This document shows positions 27,752-40,665 of a DNA stretch of 49,850 nt, piece by piece (the first letter of the stretch is position 1; every line of letters starts with the position of its first letter). The notes below the pieces were generated by a model, which searched no databases, was not told where the DNA came from, and was given only the letters and a program-made list of their open reading frames with translations. The stretch is taken from assembly GCA_000320545.1 (NCBI GenBank), contig ADNK01000980.1:1-49850 (forward strand), given 5' to 3'. The DNA comes from Bigelowiella natans CCMP2755. Its lineage: Eukaryota; Protista; Cercozoa. Both the position numbers and the translations under genes were made by a program.

Positions 27752-30700
27752 ATGAAAAGTGGAGATCATAATCCTAAAGGGAATGGACGCATGCACCATT
27801 CTACCCAAAATCAACATCAAGAAAGAAAGAAGCAGCAGTCATTCGTCCCGAGAGGTGCGGCAGGGGGGTTCTTGCACGCTAACCCTAATTCATTCCAGCA
27901 CATCCAATCGCGGCATAATGTGCAGAACATACAGCAATTTTACCAAGTTCCTGCCCAGCAACATCAAGTAAGGCACACAGGGTACACAATGTACCAAGGG
28001 CCTATGATGAGGAGTGCCCCTCCAGCCCAACATATCAAAAAGCAACCTGCAGCTGCACTAAGCAAACAGCACCCTGGAGCCGCACCAAGCAAGAAGACAC
28101 TTTCGAAATTGAATCACAAAGCGAAGGTGTTTGTCCCCAGATCTAAAAGGCCGGCTTCCATCGGCAAGCCAAATGTCCCGACACAGGTCCTTTATGTTTA
28201 ACAGCAGCACACGAATACAAAATACCTATAAGTGTAAACATAAACATAAGAGGGCAGATCTCCTAATGTATGTTACGGGGATGGGATATATACTTTTTAG
28301 GGTACAAAGAAACCAGTCCAGGGTACGCTGAATGCAAGCACTAAGCCCAACTCTAATCCCAACAACACTGCAACCAAGATTGCAGCTCCAAAGCCAACCA
28401 AGGCGAACGTTCTAAAATCGAACGGAAAGGTCAATGTTGTTAAAGTTCCTCCCCGAACACATTCTGCGCCACTCACCGAGCCGGTAAATAAATACTCGGT
28501 GAGGAAGAACGGAATGGGCACTTTCAAAACAGGTGCCCCAGCTGCAACGAGTACCATAGCACAAAAATCTACTGGTGGTTCCGTGCTAACTGAGGTGAAG
28601 GAGGTTAAGAGTAATGGGCAAGTAGATATGAAGGAAAAGAAAAAGGCTCAAGTGCAGCAGCAACCCAAAAATGGGAAAGACACGGTGACAGAGGCTTCGA
28701 AAGTAGTTAGGGAACAACCATCACCAACCGCCGTAATACAGGAGAAAGCATCGATAAAAAGAGGGGATGCTGCTGCTGATAAAGTGCAATCGAAAGAACA
28801 AGTTGATCCTAAAGATAGTGGTGCAGCTACAACGAAGAAAGACCCGAAATCTTCCCCAACCGGGCCACAAGTTCCTCAACCTCAATCACAACCCAAAGAA
28901 AAGGTAGAGATTACGACGTTGTATTATCAACATTTACTCATTTGCGGTATAGCTTTCAGACATAGTTGTACTACGTACAGCTATGAGAATGATTTCGAGA
29001 TAGAATACCTTGTCATGTTAGAAATTCAGGTAGACCGGGCGATCTACCCTTTACGTGATATTAATTCAATATGCATCAGCATCATCTTCATGACCACCAT
29101 CTTCATCATCATCACCATCGTCACCATCATCATTTGAATCATAACCTCCTCGTACTCGTAGGCACCGGAATCCAAAGCATCTCAACCTACCCGCACAAAG
29201 ACTAGGCCCCCTGGTCCTTACATCCCGCAACCTAAGCGCCAAACTGCTAAGCCACCTTCCTTGAAGACAGCACCAATGGGAGATGATGATGGTGCAGAAA
29301 CGGCAGAGAGCGCTGCCGCTGCTGCTGTCGGCGATGGCGACATTTCCCAGAGGGGCGACTCGTCATCATTAGAATCAAACAATTTGGGAGGACCGCGGAG
29401 TCATGGTAGCAGCAGCAGCAATGGTAGCAGCAGCAGCAATGGTAGTAGCAGCAGCAGCAAGGCGGAAATCAAGAGATACCAGCCTCGAAAATCTGTCAAC
29501 ACGGGGATGGCAACAGCAGGGAAGCCCGTGACCTACACCAGAGAAGATCTGCTGAAATATAAGGACGACAACGTAGCGATGCCCGAAGATTTCCCCCTTG
29601 TCGCTGACATCAGGGCAAAATTGAATGGAAGGGCAAAACAACACAATAATGCTCGAGACCGCAATAAAAATGGTCGGCATGATGGACGGTCGCAACGGAA
29701 TCCAAGAGACCGTAACAATCGTAGTGATAACCGTCGTCCACGGAGACAGGGTAACGGGGGCGGGAGAGCGACCATGTTCGCCCCTCCACCACTCATCCTC
29801 AAGAAGTCCGAAGACCGCTTCCGAGTAGGAACTGAAAAGGTGGAAAAGACAGATGAAAATGAGAAGACCGAGGCAGCCTTCCGCCGCGTGCTCAATAAAA
29901 TTTGCCCAGAAAACTTCCACACGATATTGGAGAAGGTGGTGTCAGGGACGGAGAAGGACCTGAATATCGATAATAAGGTCAAGCTGGATATGACTGCCAA
30001 CCTCACCTTTGAAAAGGCCATTGCAGAATCGGTGTTCTGCAGAACCTACGCCGAATTTTGCTGGAACCTCTTCGACAAATTAGGCAAATTCCATCCTGAG
30101 TCTGGTAAGAAATGGGATAAAACGCAAAACAATACCGGTGTCAAACCGTACGATTTCCGCAGGCCGATATTAGCACGGTGCCAGAAGGAATTTGAAGCAT
30201 ACACCAAGAAGGAAAATGCCGACTCAGAAGATGATAAGGATAAAAAAAGGAAGAGGATCCTGGGTACTATCAGGTTGATTGGAGAATTGTATATCAAGGA
30301 AATGATTAGTAATAACATTATCAACAGTTGCTGCCATGTCCTTATTGACGGAGGTAAACCTAAACCTGACTTTATCCAAGCTCTGTGCAAGCTCTTAGAA
30401 ACCATAGGCAAGAAAATGGAAGCGAAACAGCTTGCCTCGCTAAACAACATCTTCGAGACACTTAAAAAGCTCACTCAAGATCCCGCACTTGATTTCCGTC
30501 ATCGGTTCATGATTCAAGACACAATAGATCTGCGGAAAAACAAGTGGATCCCTCGCTTTAAAGAGGAGAAGGCCATGACGAAGAAGGAGTTTAAACAGAA
30601 AGAGGCACGGGAAGAGCAGGAGGCTAGGAATCGCGCTATGCATGGAAACAGTGGACGCAACAAGTACGGTCGCCAACCCCGTAACCACCACCAGTCAGGT

Positions 30701-30967
30701 GGTAGAGATCATAGAGGATCATCAAGCCGCAACAAGAACAACATGCGCGAAGACAATGAGTGGAGCACTGCTGGTGGCTCGGGCGCACGCATGCGGAGGG
30801 GAACATCTGACATACGGCTCAAAGACAAAGGCAGAGGAAGAAAGCTTATGCCCACACGATCTGGCATGAGCCGACAGAGGCTCGAACTTGCGTCAAGTAA
30901 TAAATACTCCTCCCTTTTACAGACAACCAAAAACAAGGACTCACCCACCACTACTACTACTACCAAG

Positions 30968-31002
<35 letters not shown>

Positions 31003-32336
31003 CAAGGTTACAACCAGTGCAGCAAAGAACCTCAGCCCTGAACAAGCAGAGAAGAAGATTGATGCATTCTTGGTTGAGTATTTTGCTGCTCGAGACAAGG
31101 GTGAAGTTATTCAATGTATAAGTGAATTGGGCGAGCCTCTCAAATTTGGTGGCAAAATCGTTGAGAAGATGCTCATGAACGCTGTAGAAAAGAAGGTATT
31201 GACTAATTGCTTCATCTTTGATATGTGCATGCAATTTGCCCTTTATGAACAACACAGAGAAGAGTAATTTTCATTTTATTCTTGATGGTGATGAAGCACA
31301 GATAATTATGCCCCGACCCAACCAAATACGGAAAATAATGGGTGTGATACAGTAGAAATCATCATCGGTGTTTTTGAAAGTTTTTGGAATCATCTCCAGG
31401 ATTATTTCATAAATCTGTATCGTGGTTTCATCCATCACCGTAACTAATGGTAGCCGCGGTGCGGTCAGTGAATTTGCACTGATGTTTGTAATAATACTGG
31501 TATGCAGGGCGGAAAAGATGTAATGGGCGGCCTCTTGAAGTATATCGTTAGCAAAAAAGTCATCGCAAAAGGAGATTTGGAGACTGGGTATTGTGTAACG
31601 TATCTTCTTTTGGAGTAGTGGGGAGGGAGAGAAAATGTTTGATGAACTTCAGATTATAAAACTAAATAATCCCTAGATTGACTTAGTTGATCCCAGTGTT
31701 GTTATGATGTTATGCCGCACAGTCAGTTCTGCTTTATGATAAGCAATTTTGTTTTTTGGATGCACGCATCGTTGTCGGAATTGCCTTGATTTATGGATTC
31801 CTATAAACAAATAATTCCTCAGGTATACCGAAGTTTTGAAAAACGCAATTGATTTTTCTTGCGACAACCCAAACCTTTACTACATCATTGGAGATTTCTT
31901 CGGCCAGTTCGTCTGTGATGGTTCGGTAGATATATCATATATTACCGTGGAGGCTATGGAGAAGTACGATTTGCTAAATTATGGCGATGCCGGAAAGTTT
32001 GTGCTCTCAGTTCTAAAAAGTATTCGGACAGAGAAAGGCGAAGAAGCTTTCATTGAATGGTATAAGAAATCTGGTATGAAAGTTGCTTCTTTCATGAGGC
32101 CAAAAAGACGATCCACCTCGGACATTTTGGCAGAGTTCCAAAAAAGATCAGAGGTAGTAAGAGTTGTTAAGTAGTTGTAGTGGTGGTGGTGGTGGTGGTG
32201 TAGTAGCAAGAGCAGTAAAGTGTGGAGATGAAGAAGAATTTCAGGAATGAAGAGAGCACTGACGTTTTTGTAGATAGAATCACTGGTGGTTTCAATGCCT
32301 TTGAAACTTTCAGCATACTCGTTAAGAAAAACTTGA
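27752..32336 (+). CDS. EIF4G: Eukaryotic translation initiation factor 4G (PAM2, 4E-binding motif, MIF4G, MA3)
   Basis: YTREDLL (YxxxxL-phi), RRVLNKICPENF...FEKAIAESVFCRTYAEFC...RILGTIRLIGELY...RHRFMIQDTIDLRKNKW (MIF4G), KKIDAFLVEYF (MA3); GT-AG introns join in frame. Confidence 0.95.
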
Positions 32337-32809
32337 GCTAGCACACCCCCCTCATGCTGCATAGCCATACTGAAATTATTTGTTGTTGAAATTAGTGGGA
32401 GGTTTTGATGTGCCTGGAGCCGTTGCTTTAATGTGAAAGAAACCCCTTTCTGTAAGTTTAATTAAGAAACGAGGATTTTTAGCCAATGATGAAGGAACAA
32501 TGAATCACCGCTTCTCAAATTCGATCTAGATAATGGACAGAAATTTTCTTTGAATATGGTCTCAGGTGGCTTATACGCCATTGGTGGTTATCTCGGTATC
32601 TCCTCAGACCCCTAATTTGGACGAAATTACTCAAATCGAATTGTTTTCCCTGCTCAATTCCTTGGCTCAAATCCAATTTGCAGCAAGAAGACCCTGTTGT
32701 GTTCATTTTGACTCAAGACAAATCCGACCGCACAGATCAAGTGCAAATTCTAAAATGCAACTTGCACCTTCAACTTGTGGATAATGAATTTATTTTCTAT
32801 TCATTAATG

Positions 32810-34400
32810 CAACTTACTAGAGAAGAGCTGGCTCTAGAGCACTAGCGCTCTAATCGTGCACAGATAGCGTGCGTCATGCACGAACACGCATAGCTTCTAT
32901 GCGTCGATGCGCGCACAGCCTAGACAGCGCAACAATGATCCACAATGATCACGACTGTCCACTCTTGCAGTGGACCATGCTTTAGTGCAAACCAGCAAAG
33001 CCTTGGCTAGCTAGAGCCAATGATGCGATGGCACATCATCAAGTCTAGCTAGGAGCAGTGCAAACCAATCTAGGCACTACTAGACTAGAGCAATTTCCAG
33101 AATTGCGGCTAGCTAGACTGAAGGGGCTAAGCTTTTTGTGTTGTTGTTCTTGTCCAGTGCTGTCCTCTGCTCATGCTCACCGCGCGAGATGTGGCACAGG
33201 CGTGAGAGAGATCACATTATCTGTCCTGACGCACACACAAAACCAGCCGCCCCCGCCGGGCAACACAACGAAAAAAGAGCTTAAGTGAGCCATGGAGTGG
33301 GAGCCTGTATGCCACTTCGGAGAATATTAGTGACACGACGAGAGGTGGGGTCATTCCAATGAGGTGTCGATGGACGAAACGGAGACAAGACGTACTTTCG
33401 AACATGACAAAATCCATGCCATCCCTGCACAATGATGCTAGAATGCACTAGCTAGCAAGTGCAATGCAAATGCTGTCAACGCAAGAGACCAACAACACTG
33501 ACCATGCTGGCATGCTAGCATGTGCAAGCTAGCAAGTGCACACGTGTCTCTTGCTGCCTCCAGATCTAGCTAGCTATCTAGCTAGCTAGTCAAGAGCGAT
33601 TCTCCAATGTTTCCATTTTCAAAAATTTAGCCGCTAGCTGGCACGCTAGCACGGCAGCCCTCGACAGCTCCGTGCTTTCGCAGGCTTTGGTGCTGCACTG
33701 ATCAAACAGAAAGCGTTGCGTTGCGGGTGTTGCAAGAAAGTAGTGGAGATCATCCCCTTGTCCTGTACTACTAGACTTGTTAGCCTACGACACACAGTCC
33801 TAGTGTCTACATGTCGCTCATGCTAGCATGTGCGCCTTGCACAATTCTGGAATCGACTGTTCAAATTGCGACTGGACTAGCGGACTAGTGCAGCGTAGAG
33901 CCATGCTAGCATGCATGTTGACACTGCTACAGACTAGAGCATGGCAACACTCACATGCCACACAACTCTAGAACTAGTACGTGGACATGCGTGTAGCATG
34001 CATGTGCTGACTAGATGTATCTAGAGATCTAGAGACGATGACCAGATCGATGAAGAAGCCAGCAAACCTCGATCTATACCTAGCTAGCTAGCTGTCAAAT
34101 GATTCGATCGAAAAGCACCGCCAGTTCATTGCCCATTTGCCAAGTTAACACGGTGACAATGAGGAACAAGGAAGCGAGCTAGACTAAGAGACGCTGTGCA
34201 GCAGTCAAAAAATGCTACTGCTGCGCTCATGCTACACTAGATAGCTAGCATGCCATGCAGTCGCATCATGTGCAATGAACATTGGTTGGGCACCCTGTTA
34301 ACACTAGCGTAGCGAGTTCATGCATAGCTAATGAGACACATTACATTCATGAATCTAAAATTTGACAAGTATGCATCTGGCGATCTAATCGAGCTGAATA
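32810..34400. other. CTAG/CATG-rich intergenic spacer 4 (between convergent EIF4G and the UBL gene)
   Basis: Same composition; contains a decayed gene fragment. Confidence 0.8.
33261..33427 (+). pseudogene. Inverted, decayed copy of the upstream sequence and most of exon 1 of the neighbouring UBL gene (34953-35110)
   Basis: 167 bp aligns to the reverse complement of 34953-35110 with 4-bp and 5-bp insertions and about 10 substitutions. Confidence 0.9.
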
Positions 34401-34553
34401 ATAGATTGATACTGTCTTCACAATGATCATGTTAAAATACAAGTTATATATTATGCGCCTAATTGTCTTTAGTAATACGTTTCGGCGTCAACACACTGAA
34501 GAAGAAACGCTATTGCATTGGTATTTTTAGACATAGATTCGGAGTTCTGCATT

Positions 34554-35079
34554 TCATTGTTTCCCGCCTCTCGGTATAATCACAACTATGTCCTTCTTTT
34601 TCAAAATTTTGCTTCCTATTCTACAATTATCTTGAAGAATTTTCCCTCTATGGATGAGAAGAAAATTGATGTGAACGAGATTATCCTTTTGCAATCTCCT
34701 CTTGAACAACAGCACAGTATCGTCCGGATTTACAAACGCTTTGTAGAGAGATCCATGAAATGCATCTCTTACTCGAAGCTCTATACTGCTTATACTGCTT
34801 TCCTGAAGAAGATATTACAGGTCAAAGTTGTTTTATCAAAAAGCGATAAAATAGATTAATTTCAAGGCCAGTTACTTTTTCATGCGTAGCGTTTTTTTCT
34901 TCCCCCGTTCCAACGACGCGCTTAACCTTCTTGCTTGGTTTGTGTTCAGAAACAGGGATAGTATGGATTTTGTCATATTCGAAAGTACGTCTCCGTTTCG
35001 TCCATCGACACCTCATTGGAATGACCCCACCTCTCGTTGTATTACTAAAATTCTCCGAAGTGGTAGGCTCCCACTCCAT
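34554..35079 (-). CDS. About 150-aa protein with a C-terminal ubiquitin-like domain
   Basis: Exon 1 35079-34876 (MEWEPTT...NATHEK), phase-0 GT-AG intron, exon 2 34802-34554: ESSISSIELRVRDAFHGSLYKAFVNPDDTVLLFKRRLQKDNLVHINFLLIHRGKILQDNCRIGSKILKKKDIVVIIPRGGKQ*. Matches the ubiquitin pattern (V.P.DTV..K, LI..GK.L.D, RGG). Confidence 0.75.
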
Positions 35080-35571
35080 GGCTCACTCAAAGTCTTTTTT
35101 CGTTGTGTTGGCTGTGGAAGCGGGGCAGCTCATCTACGTTTGGACTCTGCTCAGCGTTTAATGCATGACGCTTGATGCAAATCACATGTATTCCTCATAT
35201 TTCCTGTGGCTCATGGTGTTTCGATGGAGAAGCACTCTCAAGAATCTCCGAATTCTTCAGACAATTAATGAGCAATGCTAGACGGAACAATGACATTTTT
35301 GTCATTCATTATGCAAATGATCCTTGACGCAAAAGATAAAATAAAAATATTTTCGCATTTCCCCTAAAATATAAGTAATTTAAAGGATAATTGATTGTCG
35401 TATTTACCTTTTCCAGTGCTTTTCTCCAGAAATCTTCGCCTGAAACTGCGCACAAGTTCCTGTAGGAGGAGGGGAGACAGAATGGTCGCTAATCGAAACA
35501 CCTCCCTTTTCCCATTTGTTAATATCGTCCCCGACAGGGCCAGGAGGAGAGAAATTTGTATCTAGTGAAAA

Positions 35572-35966
35572 ATGGTACTCGCGCTCACAAATTATTTGTA
35601 TTTTTACCACAGCATTTCCTGTCCTTCTTCAAAACTCTCATCGGGAAGACAATTATCGTTGAGTTGAAGAATGACTTAGCTTTGAAAGGAATTCTTCACT
35701 CTGTAGACCAATATTTGAATATAAAGTTGAACGATATGACGGTGGTAGACTCGGAGAAATATCCACATTTGGTACTAACCAGAGTTAAAAATCCTACCAG
35801 AATTCTTTCTGATTTATGTTTGCTTCTCTTCCAGAACGCCGTGAAGAATTGCTTTATTAGAGGCTCAGTTGTAAGATACATACAACTCCCTGCGAAGGAT
35901 GTCGACACCCAGTTGCTCCAGGACTCTACTAGAAGGGCTGCACAGTCTGATGAAGGCAAACGGTAG
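35572..35966 (+). CDS. LSM2: U6 snRNA-associated Sm-like protein Lsm2
   Basis: M|HFLSFFKTLIGKTIIVELKNDLALKGILHSVDQYLNIKL...KYPHL|NAVKNCFIRGSVVRYIQLP...LLQDSTRR; the first coding exon is ATG only. Confidence 0.96.
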
Positions 35967-36339
35967 TCAACGGTTGTCTACAGTGGATCAGCTTTCATTC
36001 GATCCGTCATAAGCATGTCTGGTCCCATAATCTATTTTCCTACACTTTGCTGTTAATGATACGCGAAACTGGTAGCAATAGGATAAACGCTTAGAGCGAC
36101 TTCTACAACACATTTCGCTCGGACATAGATGAGGCGTAACATTCTTGAACACCAACTGTGTAGGAATTTGATGACATCCAAAAAGTTGATGACAATCATA
36201 GATTTATTACACATTGTTGCCGGCGAATCTAGGCCTGCATTATCGGTGCTTTATCTAAAAGCAAAGACAGGCGCTCATGAATGCCATGTTTATTTGGGTA
36301 GAGACAGAGATGGATCCCACAACCATCTGAATCACCAAA

Positions 36340-37680
36340 GACACAGCATGAGCTACATGTAAATGTAATGATGATGTGTGCATACACATAGCTACATGTA
36401 GTAGATAGCGGTGACGTATGTTGTCTGCGACAGTCATGCTTACATGTGTTAGTGTGCTAATTGTGTCAGTACAATGTGTTGTAGCTGCGCCTGCAATACA
36501 AATACCAATTTTTGCTACATGCACGCATCGCTACATTGCATTAGGATTACCACATCGCATTGAAAAGATTTAATCACTTCAGTATATATCAGCATTGGCT
36601 CCGTCTCACGCACAGCACGCTCCGGTCATGTCCAGATGCAATGCTGCTAGCATGTTGCATCGAATCATGGATGCAATGTGCAAATGGTGATGAGTTCTAT
36701 AGCAAGGTTCCAGAGTTGGCATGGCAGCCCCCGATCATCGCAATCCACAATCATCATGGCTAGCATTGCGCGCATGAGGCACATCAACTAGAGCATGCTC
36801 TCTAGTTCTGCTAGTTTAGTGCCATGTTTGCGAGATTTCTGATGCAACAAATGATTCATGCAAATCTAGAAATCTAGATCTTTTCAATGATCCAATGATG
36901 GTCATCGATCCTGACCTGCGTCCCATGTCAAGACGAAGTTGTTGTCGTAGCTGCGATGCTGACAGAGTGTGGACTGTGCAAGTCGTTTGCGACGTGCATG
37001 AGCATGAGAGACCATGATAAAATGCAAGTGCAGTGCACGTAACGTTGCGATGCAAGCGCACGCTGCAAGCATGCAAGGTCAAAGCGCTTGTGCACTTGCG
37101 CACAAGCGTGCAGCAAGGCCACACGCAACAATGAAAGCCCACACGTGCAACGTGCAACCCCATTTGAAGGTGAAGGGAATTGGCATGCATGGTCAGTTGT
37201 TTCAATGACCATTCGAAAAACGTTTCAAATGCAAACTTTGCCTGCTGTTTGCAAACATTTTTCTTGTTCGAACATTGTTTGAACGAATTGCAATCGAACA
37301 TACACTCTAGTTTTGCGACATGTGGGCATTGTTTGTTCAAATCGAATCGAACACTTGTTCAGACAAAACAAACATGTTTCCAATAAAAAAAAATTGTTTG
37401 CATGTGCCCGCCGCCTCTAGTCACACATGCTAGCATGGTGCATGCATCATGTTGCGATGCATGTCCATCATTGCTCTACTGTCATTGTCACAAAAATGTG
37501 ACCGATGCTCTATCGCAAGCTGCAGCTTCCCCTTTTCAATGTAAATGTACGTACGTGCACGTTGCATGCGAGACTCACAATTTGCTCCACATGATGCATC
37601 TAGACATGTGATCTGCTTGTGCTGCCAACGCTGCACATGGCATGTTCGCTGCATCCAAAATGTGTTGCTTTCATTGTTTT
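36340..37680. other. TGCA/CATG/CTAG-rich intergenic spacer 5 (between convergent LSM2 and EFHC)
   Basis: Composition as in the other spacers; includes an AT-rich but TpA-poor block at 37200-37420. Confidence 0.8.
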
Positions 37681-37783
37681 GAAAGCAATTTAGTCGAATT
37701 ATTAGTTTCGAAAGGTATTCAACATTGCTAAAAGTAACATAAAGGGGAATTCGAATATCATTATCCAATCTTGCTTCTGAATC

Positions 37784-39891
37784 TCATTCTCCGCGATCAT
37801 CCGAACCGTGAACCAACCTAGCGAACTCAACCAAGTTGATCTCACCATTTCCGTCACTGTCAAACTTTCGGCAAAGAGTAACAACCTCGTGCTCATTGAG
37901 TTGAAATCCGTTTCCAATAAGGAAGTCTCTGAATTCGCCGTAGCTGAGACGGCCGTCTTTATTTTTATCGAGTCTCCTGAAGATCTTACGAATATGAGCG
38001 CTCTGGTTCTCGAACATCTTGGCTAGATCCTTGCAGATTCTATCAATGTCAGCGCATGGAAACAGACCGGAGTCACCCTCCATAAATCGCAAGGTGAATT
38101 CGTCCGCCTGAATAAGCTTGAACTTAAACCTGTTGATAACTAAGCTAGCTCCAAGATAGAATTCGTTGGGCTTGAACCATGTTTTGGTATCGGGGTTCTT
38201 GAGCTTTGAGCGCTGCATAAACTTGCCCCCAATGAAGCCTGAGTTACGCTCATTCTTCTCGTGCACGCTTATTTTATTATCTGCGAGATGAAAGGTAATA
38301 ATGAAACGGCGGTCCATATCCTGAACCGAGGGGTTTTCGAACTTTGCTAGATACCGCAGATCGTTACGAGCGTTGTCGTTGAATTTCTTATAGTCTTTCT
38401 TCGGAACTTTAGGAACAAGGAACAGGAAGGATCCTAGAGAATCTTCTTCAGATCCGAATCCATTGTGAGGAGGAGGTTTAATTACTTTCTTTTTACTTTC
38501 TGTCTCCTCTTCGATAGGGAGATCGGCAGACTGGATAATTCCGAGAGATTTTTTATACCATTCGCTAGTGTATCTGTCGCAAGCACACACCTTGATTTCA
38601 CGATTGTACACGTTGATAACTTCGCCACAAATTATATCTTCTGGCTTATAAAATTCAGCGTCGCTGCCGACCGCACCAATCTTATTGATACTGGGAGAGA
38701 CTTCATGGAAATTTCTGGGCAATTTCTGGCGCTTCAGAAGCGCTGGGTAATGATCGCGACCAGAGTTATTCTCCTTAATCTGCAGAACCTCGACGGTACC
38801 GTCAGAAAGAAAATAATGCAAAACGTAGACCATTGTTTCCCCGTACATAGAGAGGTCGTCCCATCGACAGAAGAAGCGAAGTACTTTCCTGTCATTCTCA
38901 AGAAATTGCCTGGCCCCCTTATTCTTTTTCCTTCCCATCTGTGCATCGAAAAATTCCTTCACCGGATCCTCCTCCTCGCTTCCTTTGTTGACAAACGTTT
39001 TCTTTGGTTTGATTGACTCTTGGAATTTATCCTCAGGGCAGTGTTCTGGAAGACCTTGCTCCTCTCCGTTCTCCCTGTAGAACTTTCTTGTGAAATCGTC
39101 ACAGTCGTAGAGTCGGAACACGCGGCCATAAATTTCGATGTTGGTCCCAACCTTGAGATCCTCTGCCACATAGAAGCCAACGCCATCCGGCTTCTGAATG
39201 CGATGACGTTTCACGAAAACCCCCTGGGGCATACCGCTATTGACTTGACGCGGCTCCGCAATGTGCATCGAGTCATCTTCAAGGTAATAGTAGAAGATGC
39301 ACTTGCGCACTCTGTACGTCTCAGACGCGCTTCCTTCTACACTCTCTTTAAAGAACCCGTAGAAACGAAGGACCTAATACATCAGAGGAGAGAGGTGGAG
39401 ATGATTTTTTCGTTGTTAAGTATTAGAAAGAATGATGTCTAGGAAAATGTAAATTGGAAAATCGCGCAATAAAAGTGCAATATCAAGGAATGAATATTTT
39501 AAAAAAATTGGAACGTTGCCAGCAAAACATACACACGAGTTCACGTTAGACAAAAATTACAATCTTTACATACCTTCCTATCGTAAGCAACCCAAGCAGG
39601 GAGCTTTTCAGGTTCTGCGCTTATAGGGTGACGTTCCTTCTTGTCCTTGTCTAGGATCATGTCAGGGGTAACACGTGGAATGTTAATGCCCTGCTTCGGT
39701 TTGGGCACACCAGTGTGCTTCACGAAGCTCATCCCTGAATTCTTATCGAAGAATTGTGTTTTCCCATAGTTATCCTTCTGCGAAAATAGCAATTACTTCT
39801 GTCAGAGATATGTTTTTAAGTAGAGAACAATAATTACCTTCTTCTGAAAGGTGTAGCCGGGAAGGTACGGCAAATTTTTCGTCTTATCCAT
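37784..39891 (-). CDS. EFHC1: EF-hand domain-containing protein EFHC1/2 (Rib72): three DM10 domains plus EF-hands; flagellar microtubule inner protein
   Basis: LPYLPGYTF, PAWVAYDRKVLRFYGFFKE, YYLEDDSMHIAEP..NSGMPQG, DRKVLRFFC, RNSGFIGGKF, DKNKDGRLSYGEF and DSDGNGEINLVEF. Confidence 0.95.
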
Positions 39892-40665
39892 TTTAGTTTC
39901 TCCTTAATTGCTTGTGATCGATATTCTAATTGAATTTATCCAGTAAGTTTCGACTAGAGAATAATTTTCGGTTGTTTCAATCATAAGATTAGAATAACCA
40001 ATTGTCTTTCGCGGTGGGTGATTTTACGTTTGGTTTTAAATGTGTTGGGGTATGTGAGGGGGAGGACGTGTTCGTACACCTTATACACAACTTAGGATGT
40101 GTCTAACGTCTGTTCGATTCAGCGATAACGCACTTGCGAAGAATGGGTGAGATCGCAAATTAAGGATAAACGACAACAATCTGTTAATGTCGCTTATATA
40201 ATAATTTGTTATATTATGAGGATATGTAAAATCTGTAAGGGATTCTTATTGGTACATATCCGAAGACAAACGCGTGCAGCCCTTGATTGGAATTACCATT
40301 GCATTTCTCCGTAAAACTTGATTTAAAGTTGATATTAATCGGTATTTGAAGGTAATTTTATGAATAACTAATATTTATTTTGCTCATGATAAGATCTAAT
40401 ACTTCGACAGGAAAGCGTTTCTGTCGATTGAGCGTTTCTTCAAAATGCGACCATCAACTAAATCTCGATACTACCCGTCAATCTCCTGCAATATCTTATC
40501 TAGCTCCAGTCACAGGGATTTTTCGATTTGGCGATATCTGAGAGTCTCTAGAGGATCACATTTTTTTTAAGAATCTGACGAAAAGTTTTTTCTTATCGGA
40601 GAATTCCACCTAAAACGCCGAGACAATCAGGCGCACATTTACAGTAGGACCTCATTTAAACAACC

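Noticed and set aside
29403-31005. SSSSNG x3 and poly-Thr tracts in eIF4G
   Set aside because: Ordinary trinucleotide slippage in disordered linkers
34518-34859. Plus-strand 113-aa ORF
   Set aside because: Antisense shadow of the UBL exon
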